64,000 bases of DNA, from the sequence record LC727695.1; one strand, given 5' to 3'. The position numbers were made by a program, and so were the translations under genes. Positions 45,387 through 63,102 of the stretch are shown piece by piece. The notes under the pieces were generated by a model. That model saw only the letters and a program-made list of their open reading frames with translations, was not told the DNA's origin and searched no databases. The stretch's first letter is position 1, and every line of letters starts with the position of its first letter.

Positions 45387-45950
45387 TTAAACAATCCTAG
45401 TAAGGTAGTAGTAAGCTATCGCACAAGCATCCATAGAGTGGTCATCTAGACTATCTATATCGATGTTCCATGTGATGTCAGTACGAGAACGCATTGCTTC
45501 TTTAACATCATCTTTAGTAGTACCCTTTACTTTTTTCATACCCGCATTGATTTTAACTGTAGTAGGATCAATCATGTATAAAGGTATAAATCTATCATAC
45601 TCGTATAATGCTCTATGTACATAGGTCACACATTCTACAAGTACAGCGAAGCTTTGGGCAAACTTACCAAGATAGTTAGACTCTACAATAACTGCATGTG
45701 GTTTTTCAGTATGTAGTATATTTAGTACCACATCACTCATTTGCTGCATTCTAGTAAATCTACTACCATGAACCTCGGAGATGGCAGCATATGCCGGATT
45801 TGTATCTTTAAGGTGGCAGGTAAATGCATTACGTACCACCTTATTACTTCCATCCAACTTATCTTCCAGAATAGCTATGCCGAGGTTTTGTGAACCAGGG
45901 TCTAATGCTAGTACCCGAAATGGCTCATCACTCGCTGGAAGCTTAAGCAT
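45387..45950 (-). CDS. ruvC: RuvC-like Holliday junction resolvase
   Basis: VLALDPGSQNLG, VIVES and DDHSMDACAIA. Confidence 0.85.
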   Translation of the reverse strand: MLKLPASDEPFRVLALDPGSQNLGIAILEDKLDGSNKVVRNAFTCHLKDTNPAYAAISEVHGSRFTRMQQMSDVVLNILHTEKPHAVIVESNYLGKFAQSFAVLVECVTYVHRALYEYDRFIPLYMIDPTTVKINAGMKKVKGTTKDDVKEAMRSRTDITWNIDIDSLDDHSMDACAIAYYYLTRIV

Positions 45951-45952
45951 AT

Positions 45953-46879
<927 letters not shown>

Positions 46880-46915
46880 TTAGTACACTGTACTATTGAG
46901 TAAATTTGTAAGAGT

Positions 46916-46935
46916 TCCCCTCCATGTGGAGGGGA
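46916..46935. terminator. GC hairpin of the conserved family
   Basis: tcccctcc-atgt-ggagggga followed by tttatgctgtt. Confidence 0.7.
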
Positions 46936-46944
46936 TTTATGCTG

Positions 46945-47433
46945 TTAAGCAAATTTTTCAGGAGCACCACGTACCATTACACAGATCCATGATTGTCCAT
47001 TATGGGAACGTTTTACTTCATGTAATTGGGATAGATGGAATACTAATCCTTCACCTTTTCCAATTAATAGTTCCTCACCATCTAAAATGAACTTAGCATC
47101 AGGTCCAATATTCCAAGCAAGAATAGTACCGGACTCGGGTTTATCTACCCAATAATTCATCTCATCTAGAAATCCATCTATTTTGGGGAAATCTAAAAAC
47201 CATACTTGTAGTGCTTTGTTAAATAGTTCTTCGCCTAAAATTGGTTTAATTTCTTTACGCTGTTTAGCAGTCCAATTAAACCATTTTGAAGTATTATAAA
47301 CACTACATGCTTTAAGGCCATTAGTGCCAACTCGCATACGGTGGCCATATGAGTCTCTAAATGAAACTTCGCCTTTAAGCTTTGTTAATGTTTTTAGTTC
47401 TGCCTTAGATAGAGTCTTAAGTTTAATTGCCAT
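46945..47433 (-). CDS. Degenerate 2OG-Fe(II)/cupin-fold protein, 162 aa
   Basis: Double-stranded beta-helix pattern with distal LHEV; the HxD position reads GFLDEM. Confidence 0.5.
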   Translation of the reverse strand: MAIKLKTLSKAELKTLTKLKGEVSFRDSYGHRMRVGTNGLKACSVYNTSKWFNWTAKQRKEIKPILGEELFNKALQVWFLDFPKIDGFLDEMNYWVDKPESGTILAWNIGPDAKFILDGEELLIGKGEGLVFHLSQLHEVKRSHNGQSWICVMVRGAPEKFA

Positions 47434-47441
47434 GTTGTACC

Positions 47442-47924
47442 CTACTCGTAGAGATATATAAGGACGTATCTTTTATTTTTAACTGGAGGGACTTCATGTG
47501 GCTCTGAACGGATTGGAAAAATAGTAGCCCTACCTGGTACATCCTGATAAAACTCACCATTGATCGTTATACCATCGCCATTGTCATTTAATGCAATAAC
47601 CATGTTGTAACGATAAACAGCTTGGTCGATGTGTTCAGGCATACCTGTACCAATTTCATATCGGTTGATTAGAACTTCGCCTAACCAAGCACCTTCTACC
47701 TTAGGTGCAATATGAAATAGTAATTCCCGTAATTCCACTGGCATTTGGTTATGACCTAAAAACCAATAATCACATTCAGTGATACCTTTGGTTGGGATAC
47801 TATTAATTTTTTTCCGATTAAACCACCAGGAATCTCCCAGTGTATCCAGATAAGATACAAGGTCAGCTGCAAATTCAGCTGAAAACACGTCCTTGGTCGA
47901 TCTTTCGTGGGCCGATAAGCTCAT
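47442..47924 (-). CDS. 2OG-Fe(II) dioxygenase superfamily protein, 160 aa
   Basis: INRYEIGTGMPEHID (HxD), PHEVPPV (distal His), KRYVLIY (Arg). Start MSLSAH at 47924 after an AGGTGG RBS. Confidence 0.8.
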   Translation of the reverse strand: MSLSAHERSTKDVFSAEFAADLVSYLDTLGDSWWFNRKKINSIPTKGITECDYWFLGHNQMPVELRELLFHIAPKVEGAWLGEVLINRYEIGTGMPEHIDQAVYRYNMVIALNDNGDGITINGEFYQDVPGRATIFPIRSEPHEVPPVKNKRYVLIYLYE

Positions 47925-48477
47925 GCAGGCCACCTGCATATCGATGTGCTTTCTCAGCGTCGAGATCTTCCCTGGATTTATAGATAACGTCTGGGCTCTC
48001 AATTAGGGCCTCCTTATGCGCGCGATTAGTTCGTTTAACAAGATCAATATAATCAAGCATTTCTTCTAGTTCATCTAACTCTTGACCATATTTTTCAGCT
48101 AGCTGTTTAATTGCACGTGCAAGGATATTAATTTGCTCAGTCACTGGATAGCGTTCAGTAATTTTGTAGGCCACTTTACTATTTAAGTGATCTTCAGTAA
48201 TCACTTGTGGCGCTTCTTCTTTAGGAACAATCTTCCAATCGGAAAGTGTAGGTTGTTTACCAGGTGTATTACTTACGACTACATCATAAGTACCCATTTC
48301 GGCTTCAACAAAAATGGTGTGCTCACGTGACTTAGCATCGAATGCATCTAAAGGTAGATAGCCTACGCTTTGTAGGAATACCTCAGAAGTACGGTTAAAC
48401 ATTAATAGTACTTTTACTTTATCTTCAGTAGGCGCAGTAGCTAAAGATAGTTCTTGGAGTGATAACGGATTATTCAT
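47875..48477 (-). CDS. Possible tail fibre assembly/chaperone-like protein, 200 aa
   Basis: TAATG coupling to the upstream fibre gene; KITERYPVTEQINIL resembles fibre-chaperone C-termini. Confidence 0.45.
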   Translation of the reverse strand: MNNPLSLQELSLATAPTEDKVKVLLMFNRTSEVFLQSVGYLPLDAFDAKSREHTIFVEAEMGTYDVVVSNTPGKQPTLSDWKIVPKEEAPQVITEDHLNSKVAYKITERYPVTEQINILARAIKQLAEKYGQELDELEEMLDYIDLVKRTNRAHKEALIESPDVIYKSREDLDAEKAHRYAGGLHELIGPRKIDQGRVFS

Positions 48478-49868
48478 TATACAAGTGCTCCAGCTCGAAT
48501 CATCCAACGCCATGTACCATTATTTCTAACTGCTACATATTGCTGGTAATAATAGGCTTCAAAGGGGGTATTAGTTCTAACACCTACAACAGCGTAAGTG
48601 CCTTCAGGATATTTGGTATTATCTGTAAACATCGTATTTAACGTGTTTAATGCTTCTGCTTCACTATTTACCTGACCTAAGGTAATGGCTTTAATCTTAT
48701 CTTTGTTCCACTCTTTAAAAGCTTCAACCCAGTCTTGCCAAGTACCATCGCTCGCTAGATAATATCTCTCAGGGTCATTTAATATTGATGCATTACCTTT
48801 ACCTAATGCATTCCATTTAAATACGCCACTAGTTACTTCTTCAGCTGGAATATCTTTTCGAACATCATTCCAGAAATTCTGATATACCTTACCTGTTCCA
48901 GTAACTGGATAACCCTGACTATTAGTAGTAGCACCAATAGTGGTCGCATTAGCAGCTTGTTCATTGACACCTAATAATGGAGCTATTTTAGAATCCATCA
49001 CTGGTTTGGTATATGATCCAACTTGGTCAGCTGTGACAACGTGTGGGTTATTGAAGTTTTTAATATGTGCTGCAAGTTTAGCCAATGTATCAATATTAAG
49101 AATACGATAAATACCACCAATTGGCATGTATTTATTATTTACATTTCTATTAACTGACTCAGCCTCAGTAGCAAAACCCCAGTTAGATATCTTATCAAGC
49201 GGTGGAATTAACTTGAATCGATCATCAGCATGCGGATTATTATAATCAGTTAAGTGTGCTGTAACTCGATCTCTATAATCATCCACAGCAGTTTTTGCAT
49301 CGGTGAGATAAACTTTATAATAATCATCGGCAGCATTATCCATGGCACTTCTACCGACCCGATAAGCGTGTGCTATTCGGTTTAATTCAGTTACCATTGT
49401 ATCTGTGCCATAAATCTGCCAATATTCATGGCCGTGAGGTGCAGGCGGATATGCATCGGGTTTACCAATAATATCATCCCAAGTGAAACTTAATTCATCT
49501 AATTCAAGTTTATCAAAAACAGCTTTAAGTTCTAATGCCGAAATACTAAAGAAACCACCAACTGCTCTATATGTAACTTGGACATTAGGACTAACCTTAG
49601 GATCAGTTACTACAACAATACCCATTACTTCTAAGCCAGTCATTTCAGATAACTGTGAATAAAGATAGGTTGTTTTATATTGATCTTTGTTTAAAGATAA
49701 GCCAGTCTTCTTATCACGTAGATTAAAGTCCTTTGTATAAAAACCACCATGTGTACACATAAGTACGCGGTGTGTTTTATTAGCAACTTGAATGAGTGTG
49801 TGGTCCTCATCTACAATGTAATTAGAAGCCAATTTAGCTTTTAGATCTAATGGTAAAAAAGTAATCAT
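48477..49868 (-). CDS. Tail fibre paralogue (gp135-like)
   Basis: H..D/N..NPH repeats; N-terminal domain shared with the gp131/133/134-like ORFs; start at 49868 by TAATG overlap. Confidence 0.75.
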   Translation of the reverse strand: MITFLPLDLKAKLASNYIVDEDHTLIQVANKTHRVLMCTHGGFYTKDFNLRDKKTGLSLNKDQYKTTYLYSQLSEMTGLEVMGIVVVTDPKVSPNVQVTYRAVGGFFSISALELKAVFDKLELDELSFTWDDIIGKPDAYPPAPHGHEYWQIYGTDTMVTELNRIAHAYRVGRSAMDNAADDYYKVYLTDAKTAVDDYRDRVTAHLTDYNNPHADDRFKLIPPLDKISNWGFATEAESVNRNVNNKYMPIGGIYRILNIDTLAKLAAHIKNFNNPHVVTADQVGSYTKPVMDSKIAPLLGVNEQAANATTIGATTNSQGYPVTGTGKVYQNFWNDVRKDIPAEEVTSGVFKWNALGKGNASILNDPERYYLASDGTWQDWVEAFKEWNKDKIKAITLGQVNSEAEALNTLNTMFTDNTKYPEGTYAVVGVRTNTPFEAYYYQQYVAVRNNGTWRWMIRAGALV

Positions 49869-51241
49869 TATGCCGGTTCCCCTATATTGGTCCACGTTGA
49901 TCCCACTTTACGTAAGAATAAAGTATTCCTATAGGAAGTAGCTGTTGTACCGTTACCATGTCCAATCACGAATTCTTGATCGTAATGGCAAATAGCTAAC
50001 GAACCAGGCCACCATTGTTCAGGATCTGAGAAGTATGTGTTATGGAAGGCAATTGCTTCTTGAATAGATTTAAAGTTGGTGTTATTCCAGTGGACCATCG
50101 TCCCTGTTTTTTGGAAGCGATTAAATATAAAACCGAAATGAGTCCATTGACCATTAGGCATCAATGTCCAATCACGGCCTGGCCAGGTAGCTGAATTACC
50201 AATCCTACCAGGTGCTAGTCGACCAGTCGTCAATACACTTAAAGGCATTTTAGCACGTACTGTTTCACCCATGCTATAAACATCTTGACCAAATAAAAGT
50301 TTAGACGTATTGGCTGTTTTACCTTTATCTAATTTTTGATTTAGTAAAATATTAGCTTGAGTAACAGTATACGTATTTAATTGTTCAGCCGTTACCCTGT
50401 GTGGGTTAGTGGTGACATCATTAACGTGTGCCAGATATTGAACTGTATAATTGGTATCAACTGATAACTTCATTGACCATGGCGTAGCATAGACATTCAT
50501 GATAGCGCCATTTGGCTGTTTGGCTTGTGTTTCAGTTGCAATGCCAGCATTATAAACATTACCTAATGCCACTTGCCCTTTACGTGTCTGGTGTGGGTTA
50601 GTGGTGGTATCATTGATGTGTGTAGTAAGTCGTGCTTCAATTGTATTAAGATCAGCTTCTATTAGACTTAACTGATATTTAAACTCATCTAAAATGGAGT
50701 CATATGAGTCTGATGAGCTTTTCTTTAATAAGTCAGTTATTTCTTTTAACTTAACAACTCTAGGCGTAAAACCATAAAGTTCCCAATAGGCATGCATATG
50801 TCCATTAGGTTTAAATTGGTCAGGAATATCTAAAATATTAGACCAATGTGGTTTACGGGTATTATTTAAAAGAGCGTTAGCATGCTCAGATATGGAAGGG
50901 GAAAGGTTACAGTATATACCACCGCACATCTGAGCATCAATGTAAATATCCTCGTGGACATCTTGTTTTGTAATAACAATTACTGAACACGCTTCAAGTC
51001 CAGTCTTCTCGATTACTTCTGGATTAATACCAGTACACTGATAATCCATTTCTGGATTTAACTCATTCTGCCTACCATCTCTGATAACCATTCCTTTAGT
51101 GTAAAAGTAACCCTTATCCATCACGATGATGCGATAGGGGAATCCTTTCTGTTTTGCTAGTGAATGGTATTCACCCTTTGTTCGGTTACTATAACTCTCT
51201 CCAGTTTCATCAAATGGAAGAGGTAAAAGTAATGGATTCAT
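49868..51241 (-). CDS. Tail fibre paralogue (gp134-like), 457 aa
   Basis: LPFDETGE N-terminus; NPHQTRKGQV and NPHRVTAEQL repeats. Confidence 0.75.
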   Translation of the reverse strand: MNPLLLPLPFDETGESYSNRTKGEYHSLAKQKGFPYRIIVMDKGYFYTKGMVIRDGRQNELNPEMDYQCTGINPEVIEKTGLEACSVIVITKQDVHEDIYIDAQMCGGIYCNLSPSISEHANALLNNTRKPHWSNILDIPDQFKPNGHMHAYWELYGFTPRVVKLKEITDLLKKSSSDSYDSILDEFKYQLSLIEADLNTIEARLTTHINDTTTNPHQTRKGQVALGNVYNAGIATETQAKQPNGAIMNVYATPWSMKLSVDTNYTVQYLAHVNDVTTNPHRVTAEQLNTYTVTQANILLNQKLDKGKTANTSKLLFGQDVYSMGETVRAKMPLSVLTTGRLAPGRIGNSATWPGRDWTLMPNGQWTHFGFIFNRFQKTGTMVHWNNTNFKSIQEAIAFHNTYFSDPEQWWPGSLAICHYDQEFVIGHGNGTTATSYRNTLFLRKVGSTWTNIGEPA

Positions 51242-51252
51242 CTAAACTATCC

Positions 51253-52641
51253 TTATGGAATTACCCAGCCACCTTGTGAACGGAAACACACGTAGTTAGG
51301 AGTATAATCAACGAAAATCAATCCGTTACCAGCTGCCTGGATTTTCTGTTCTTTAATAGTGAAGAATACAGTAGATCCAATAGGCCATGCATCTGGATTA
51401 GTGAAGTTAGTTCTACAGAAATCTAATGCTGCTTGCACGGATGGTTGTAATCCTAGTGCATAAAACTTTAACTTAACCGGATATGAATACTCTGTGGCTA
51501 ATTGATCAAAGTGTGTAAAAATACCATTCCCACGGAGTGGTGCTTTCCATTGTCCCATTGCCCCGGAACCAATCCGATTTATATTGATGACATTACTCTG
51601 GCCATCGCCAGCTGTAAAGTTCACGTCTGTGTCAAAGTTCTTACGCATCCACCAAATAAGATCGCTATAACCCATTAAAGTAGCAGTTGGTTGCCCTTTA
51701 GGTTTATAATAAACCATATTAGTATTAGCTACTGTATCAGTCTTTAAATATTTACCAGTAATTCGTGAATCAAAATCACTTTTCAAATACGACTGTACAT
51801 GCGTATTTTTGACTTTATGTGGATTATCACGGCGAGCTATGTGGGCATTAAGTGGTTTTATAGCTATTTCATCTAATACGCCATATGCTAACTGCGGTGT
51901 TAGATAATGTGCATTAGATTGACCTAGTTGAGCAATGGCTGGAGTAGCCAATGGAAAGTTATTAACTAAACCTAGTTCAACATTAGTTGGGGTAATCTTG
52001 TGTGGATTAGCTTTATCTTGAATATGTTTTTCTAGGCGATCATTAAATTTCTTTAAGAACTCATCATAAATCTCTTTAACTTTACTACGGTATTCATCTT
52101 CACCGCTTGTATCACCAGCCATGAGTGCCTGTGTTATCCACTCCATCTCGTTATTATAAGGCTGATACGTATCAAGATGCCATCGTTCGCCAACTAACTC
52201 ACCGTCTTTCCAATATGGTTCGTTACCAGTGTAATCGAGATCTTTTGGCTTTGGCTTACCATTTGTTTTCCACCAGTTAATATAATCGTCGATAACTGTG
52301 AAACTAAACGCTAGATCACCGCCTACCATGTGAGCTGAAGTATACACTATTGGTGTACTAGGTGTTTTTAAGAAAACAATTGCTGAACATATTTCTTGAC
52401 CGACATACGCACTAGCATCTTTGTGATAATAAGTAACAATATAATCAATATCTTTAACTAAACGATTATATTTACCATCATAAACTTCTAACCCTTTTGT
52501 ATAGAATCCACCATGATATAACTTGATGATTCTATAGTCGAATCCCTGATACTGAACTAGAGTATGAGGCTCGCTACCAATGAAACAATCTGGATTTGTA
52601 CCTAATGGATCAAATGGTAATTGTAAAATAGGATTATACAT
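51253..52641 (-). CDS. Tail fibre paralogue (gp133-like), 462 aa
   Basis: LPFDPLGTNP N-terminus; NPH repeats. Confidence 0.75.
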   Translation of the reverse strand: MYNPILQLPFDPLGTNPDCFIGSEPHTLVQYQGFDYRIIKLYHGGFYTKGLEVYDGKYNRLVKDIDYIVTYYHKDASAYVGQEICSAIVFLKTPSTPIVYTSAHMVGGDLAFSFTVIDDYINWWKTNGKPKPKDLDYTGNEPYWKDGELVGERWHLDTYQPYNNEMEWITQALMAGDTSGEDEYRSKVKEIYDEFLKKFNDRLEKHIQDKANPHKITPTNVELGLVNNFPLATPAIAQLGQSNAHYLTPQLAYGVLDEIAIKPLNAHIARRDNPHKVKNTHVQSYLKSDFDSRITGKYLKTDTVANTNMVYYKPKGQPTATLMGYSDLIWWMRKNFDTDVNFTAGDGQSNVININRIGSGAMGQWKAPLRGNGIFTHFDQLATEYSYPVKLKFYALGLQPSVQAALDFCRTNFTNPDAWPIGSTVFFTIKEQKIQAAGNGLIFVDYTPNYVCFRSQGGWVIP

Positions 52642-52671
52642 AAGAAATACCTTTTAACTGAAACAGCAAAA

Positions 52672-52698
52672 AGAGACACAGCTTTTGGCTGTGTCTCT
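52672..52698. terminator. Stem-loop
   Basis: agagacacagc-ttttg-gctgtgtctct. Confidence 0.7.
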
Positions 52699-52715
52699 TA
52701 TGCCGGGTCAGATGT

Positions 52716-53048
52716 TTATAGACGGTCTGCTGCGTCATTAAATAATTTCGCAAGTGGACCGTATATGTGCACTCGATTATAATCATCTGTCCGTTTAGGA
52801 GTCATGTACGTAGTGTTATTGAAACCTTCTTGTGCACGCTTCTTAGTAGCTGGACGATAGTTAGCCACATTACCAAGACCAATATCCGATGGTTGCAGAT
52901 TATGTGGGTTACCTCTAGCTGCAATATGCCCATTGATCCTATTAATAACGGCTATGAATTTATTAAGGACTGCCTTAGTAAATAAGCCTTGATTACTAAT
53001 AGAAGCATTTATTTGAGCATCCATCTCTTGACGTGTAACTTCTGCCAT
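52716..53048 (-). CDS. Short tail fibre paralogue (gp132-like), 110 aa
   Basis: GHIAARGNPHNLQPSDIGLGNV repeat. Confidence 0.75.
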   Translation of the reverse strand: MAEVTRQEMDAQINASISNQGLFTKAVLNKFIAVINRINGHIAARGNPHNLQPSDIGLGNVANYRPATKKRAQEGFNNTTYMTPKRTDDYNRVHIYGPLAKLFNDAADRL

Positions 53049-53060
53049 TTTTAAATCCTC

Positions 53061-55376
53061 TTATGGACCAGTGGGTGGAGTTGGTTCAATATGTTTCACA
53101 CGTGTACCCCTGCCATTCCATAATAAGGAGTTATCAGGTGAATCTCCCCAGAACATGACTTGATTCAAAGTATTTACTGTCACAGTGAAATTATGCCCTG
53201 CTGCCAATTGAATATATGGTCCAGCATGGTCATCTACGTCACATTGTCCATTATCGTTATTTCCGAAGAAAGCGATTTGGCCATCACCATACATCACTGT
53301 GTAATGTGTGTACAATCCTGATACACCACCAATTGGGTTACTATTTACATTAGCAGTTACATCGTTACCACGTCCATCAAACCATAATGGCGAGATAACC
53401 ATAAAGGATGTATCATTACCATTGCGGATGATTTCCATGACATGTACTTTACTAGATTCAGATGTATAATCTTCAGGAGCAACTAATGGATCTATTGAAT
53501 GCATGATGATGTGGGTGCAACCAATTGACATTGAATCAATAACATGATTCAATGGTTTAATTGTGTTGTTAACAAAATCATTAAAAGCACTAATGAAGCT
53601 TGGGATACCATAAGCTGTATATACATAGTCAGCACTGCTAGCTGGACCTATGTTTACAACAACTGTCATTTCACCAGGATAGGTGTCTTCAGTATTGGTA
53701 AATATAGCCCATGGTTTATTAGCAGCAGGTACTAATAGTTCAGATGTACCACCTTTAACACAACGATAAAGATCTTGGTGCTCAAAGATTGCTGATTCAC
53801 CTGTTGAACTAAAGATGAACTTACCTGTTAACATATACAGAGATGTTTTATTCGCCCAGATACTTGAAGGAATATTTCCATCTATAGGTGCAGTCCATTC
53901 TACTGGAATTGGTATCATCTCATCGACTTTAGTTTCATCGATACATGCTGACTTGGCTACACCATTCTCTACCCAATACTGACCATATCGGTGAGATACC
54001 CAGGATTCCTGAGCATATCCTAAACGCTCTGGTATAACAGCATAAGGGTTAGCTGGCGATTTAGGATGAACTACACAGTCATCTCTGACAATTGTACAAT
54101 CCCACCAACTATTAAATCCAGCATAAGCATGGAAACCTGCCGTGACACCTTGAATTAATTCCATTCGGTCATATTCACTAGTATCATCCACAATAACTGG
54201 TAATGTATCTATCTTTAATTGTACATCATCCCAGTTAGCGTTATAGCCGGCTGCCATCCTTTCAATATCACCGAATGATGGGAATTCATCTTTCCATTGC
54301 TCAGGTGTTAATCCACCAAAGGTAGAAGCATCACCACCACCTAGTCCTGCCAGTAGTTGATCAACTTGTGTTTTAGTATATGCATTAACCTGGTCGGCAG
54401 TTACAACGTGTGGGTTATTTTCATTACTAATATGTTGATTAAGTTTCTCTTCTAGTTCATTAATTCTAGAAGCATCACCAATCTGACTATAGAGAATAGA
54501 TGCAGTATAAGGTGTTAATAATACCGAATCATTAGTTACGTCTACCGCAGTAGTTGGTGTTGCAGCTGGGTAGTTAGGAACATTACCTAAATTAATATCA
54601 GCCGCTGTTAGACCGTGTACGTTACCCCTAGCCGCTATGTGGGCATTAAGCGGATTTACGGCAAACTTATTAACTAATGCTAATGTACCACGTGGGTTCG
54701 TAAATAGATCATTACGATTAGCATCTAAATGCTGTTGATCACTTGCCATTGCATAGTTTGGAACTAGTGACAAGCCAACTTGTGCTTTAGTTACCCTGTG
54801 TGGGTTATTATAATCATGAATATGTTGGTCAGTTGTACCGGCAGCCGCAGCACGGATAGCTTCTATAATCCCTTCGATACCTTCAAGAATCTCTTTACTA
54901 CCTACTAATGAATCAATAGGTTGATTGTGTTCTAAAGGTGGGAAAGAAGCAGGTAATGGACCAATTGCACCCCATGACCGAATCAAGGGGTTATACTGTT
55001 TGCGTGCAAGCTCAGCCAGGATCTGCTGATTACTAAATCCCCATTGCCCACCTATTGTACGATAATCCATACCAATCATAGCGTTTATCGAACGCTTCAT
55101 GATACGTATAGATCCAGCGATAGGTCTACCTATCGATTCCATAGCTTCAATAAACCAATGCCCAATAAGGTAATCAACACCTTCTACATAAGTCTGATTG
55201 GTCAGTGGGTTAAATAGTCGTAATGAATCTACAAAGAAAGGTGCAGCAAATGGTATAATGAAATAATAATCATCACCATCTGGTACCTGGAGAGTTTGGC
55301 GCTCACCTTTAATAAAGTTCTGGGGATTTGTTCCATTGGGGTCGAATGGATATAACCCAGTTTCACCGTGGGCCAT
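53061..55376 (-). CDS. gp131: Tail fibre/baseplate protein with a C-terminal beta-propeller, 771 aa
   Basis: Length and position match phiKZ gp131 (recall); NPH repeats; RCC1-like C-terminus (FGNNDNGQC, LAAGHNFTV). Confidence 0.85.
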   Translation of the reverse strand: MAHGETGLYPFDPNGTNPQNFIKGERQTLQVPDGDDYYFIIPFAAPFFVDSLRLFNPLTNQTYVEGVDYLIGHWFIEAMESIGRPIAGSIRIMKRSINAMIGMDYRTIGGQWGFSNQQILAELARKQYNPLIRSWGAIGPLPASFPPLEHNQPIDSLVGSKEILEGIEGIIEAIRAAAAGTTDQHIHDYNNPHRVTKAQVGLSLVPNYAMASDQQHLDANRNDLFTNPRGTLALVNKFAVNPLNAHIAARGNVHGLTAADINLGNVPNYPAATPTTAVDVTNDSVLLTPYTASILYSQIGDASRINELEEKLNQHISNENNPHVVTADQVNAYTKTQVDQLLAGLGGGDASTFGGLTPEQWKDEFPSFGDIERMAAGYNANWDDVQLKIDTLPVIVDDTSEYDRMELIQGVTAGFHAYAGFNSWWDCTIVRDDCVVHPKSPANPYAVIPERLGYAQESWVSHRYGQYWVENGVAKSACIDETKVDEMIPIPVEWTAPIDGNIPSSIWANKTSLYMLTGKFIFSSTGESAIFEHQDLYRCVKGGTSELLVPAANKPWAIFTNTEDTYPGEMTVVVNIGPASSADYVYTAYGIPSFISAFNDFVNNTIKPLNHVIDSMSIGCTHIIMHSIDPLVAPEDYTSESSKVHVMEIIRNGNDTSFMVISPLWFDGRGNDVTANVNSNPIGGVSGLYTHYTVMYGDGQIAFFGNNDNGQCDVDDHAGPYIQLAAGHNFTVTVNTLNQVMFWGDSPDNSLLWNGRGTRVKHIEPTPPTGP

Positions 55377-55470
55377 GGTTGCCCTCCTTTAATAAAACGC
55401 TATTGCGCAATTTGTTAGCGTAATGATGTGAAATTCACATAGGATTGTCCAATCATTCCATGGAGACTAA

Positions 55471-56757
<1,287 letters not shown>

Positions 56758-56765
56758 CGTCATAA

Positions 56766-56786
56766 GCCCTCCCGTAATGGGAGGGC
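56766..56786. terminator. Conserved GC hairpin, bidirectional terminator
   Basis: gccctccc-gtaat-gggagggc. Confidence 0.8.
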
Positions 56787-56803
56787 ATTATGTTGTTTAG
56801 AAA

Positions 56804-59503
<2,700 letters not shown>

Positions 59504-59523
59504 CTAAATTTTAAAGTGAGTAA

Positions 59524-61704
<2,181 letters not shown>

Positions 61705-61711
61705 GGAGCGA

Positions 61712-62587
<876 letters not shown>

Positions 62588-62595
62588 GGTGTGTA

Positions 62596-63039
62596 ATGGC
62601 TGATACAAGAGCTGAATTAGTAGCTGCTTGGAATGTGGCTAATAAACCTAAAGATAATAATGGTAAGCCTAGGGATTTAACTGTTGATGATGTTGAATTT
62701 ATAGGGACTGATACATTCTTAGCAACTGGTACAAATGCCAAAACAACAATGAGAGCGAAGACCAGTTCACTTTATTTTAAAGGTGAGACAGTTATTTACT
62801 TTAATAGACGCTCTTTACCAGAGTACTGTCTTGGTATAAAAGTACCGGGTAAACCAACTGACTATACTGATAATTTAGAAGTAGCTGAAAAATTAAGAGA
62901 TGTTTACGGTATTCCATTTATTATAGATGAGATACAACCGCAACCTATTACTGGGAATACGGTTACGATACATCCATACTTTAATAACTTGTCGTGGATA
63001 CCAACAATACCAGTAACTCTTGAATTTGAAAGTAGTTAA
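62596..63039 (+). CDS. Structural paralogue-family protein (gp126-like), 147 aa
   Basis: IYFNRRSL motif; GAGG RBS. Confidence 0.65.
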   Translation: MADTRAELVAAWNVANKPKDNNGKPRDLTVDDVEFIGTDTFLATGTNAKTTMRAKTSSLYFKGETVIYFNRRSLPEYCLGIKVPGKPTDYTDNLEVAEKLRDVYGIPFIIDEIQPQPITGNTVTIHPYFNNLSWIPTIPVTLEFESS

Positions 63040-63060
63040 ATAAAAAAAATAAAGACATAG

Positions 63061-63082
63061 CCCCTCTCCATGCGGAGAGGGG
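63061..63082. terminator. Conserved GC hairpin, bidirectional terminator
   Basis: cccctctcc-atgc-ggagagggg between convergent genes. Confidence 0.8.
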
Positions 63083-63102
63083 TTTATGCCATTACTTAAT
63101 TA

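Noticed and set aside
47875-48002. Extended 128-nt dual-coding overlap implied by the ORF-track TTG start at 48002
   Set aside because: A better start with an RBS lies at 47924, reducing it to an ordinary 50-nt overlap.
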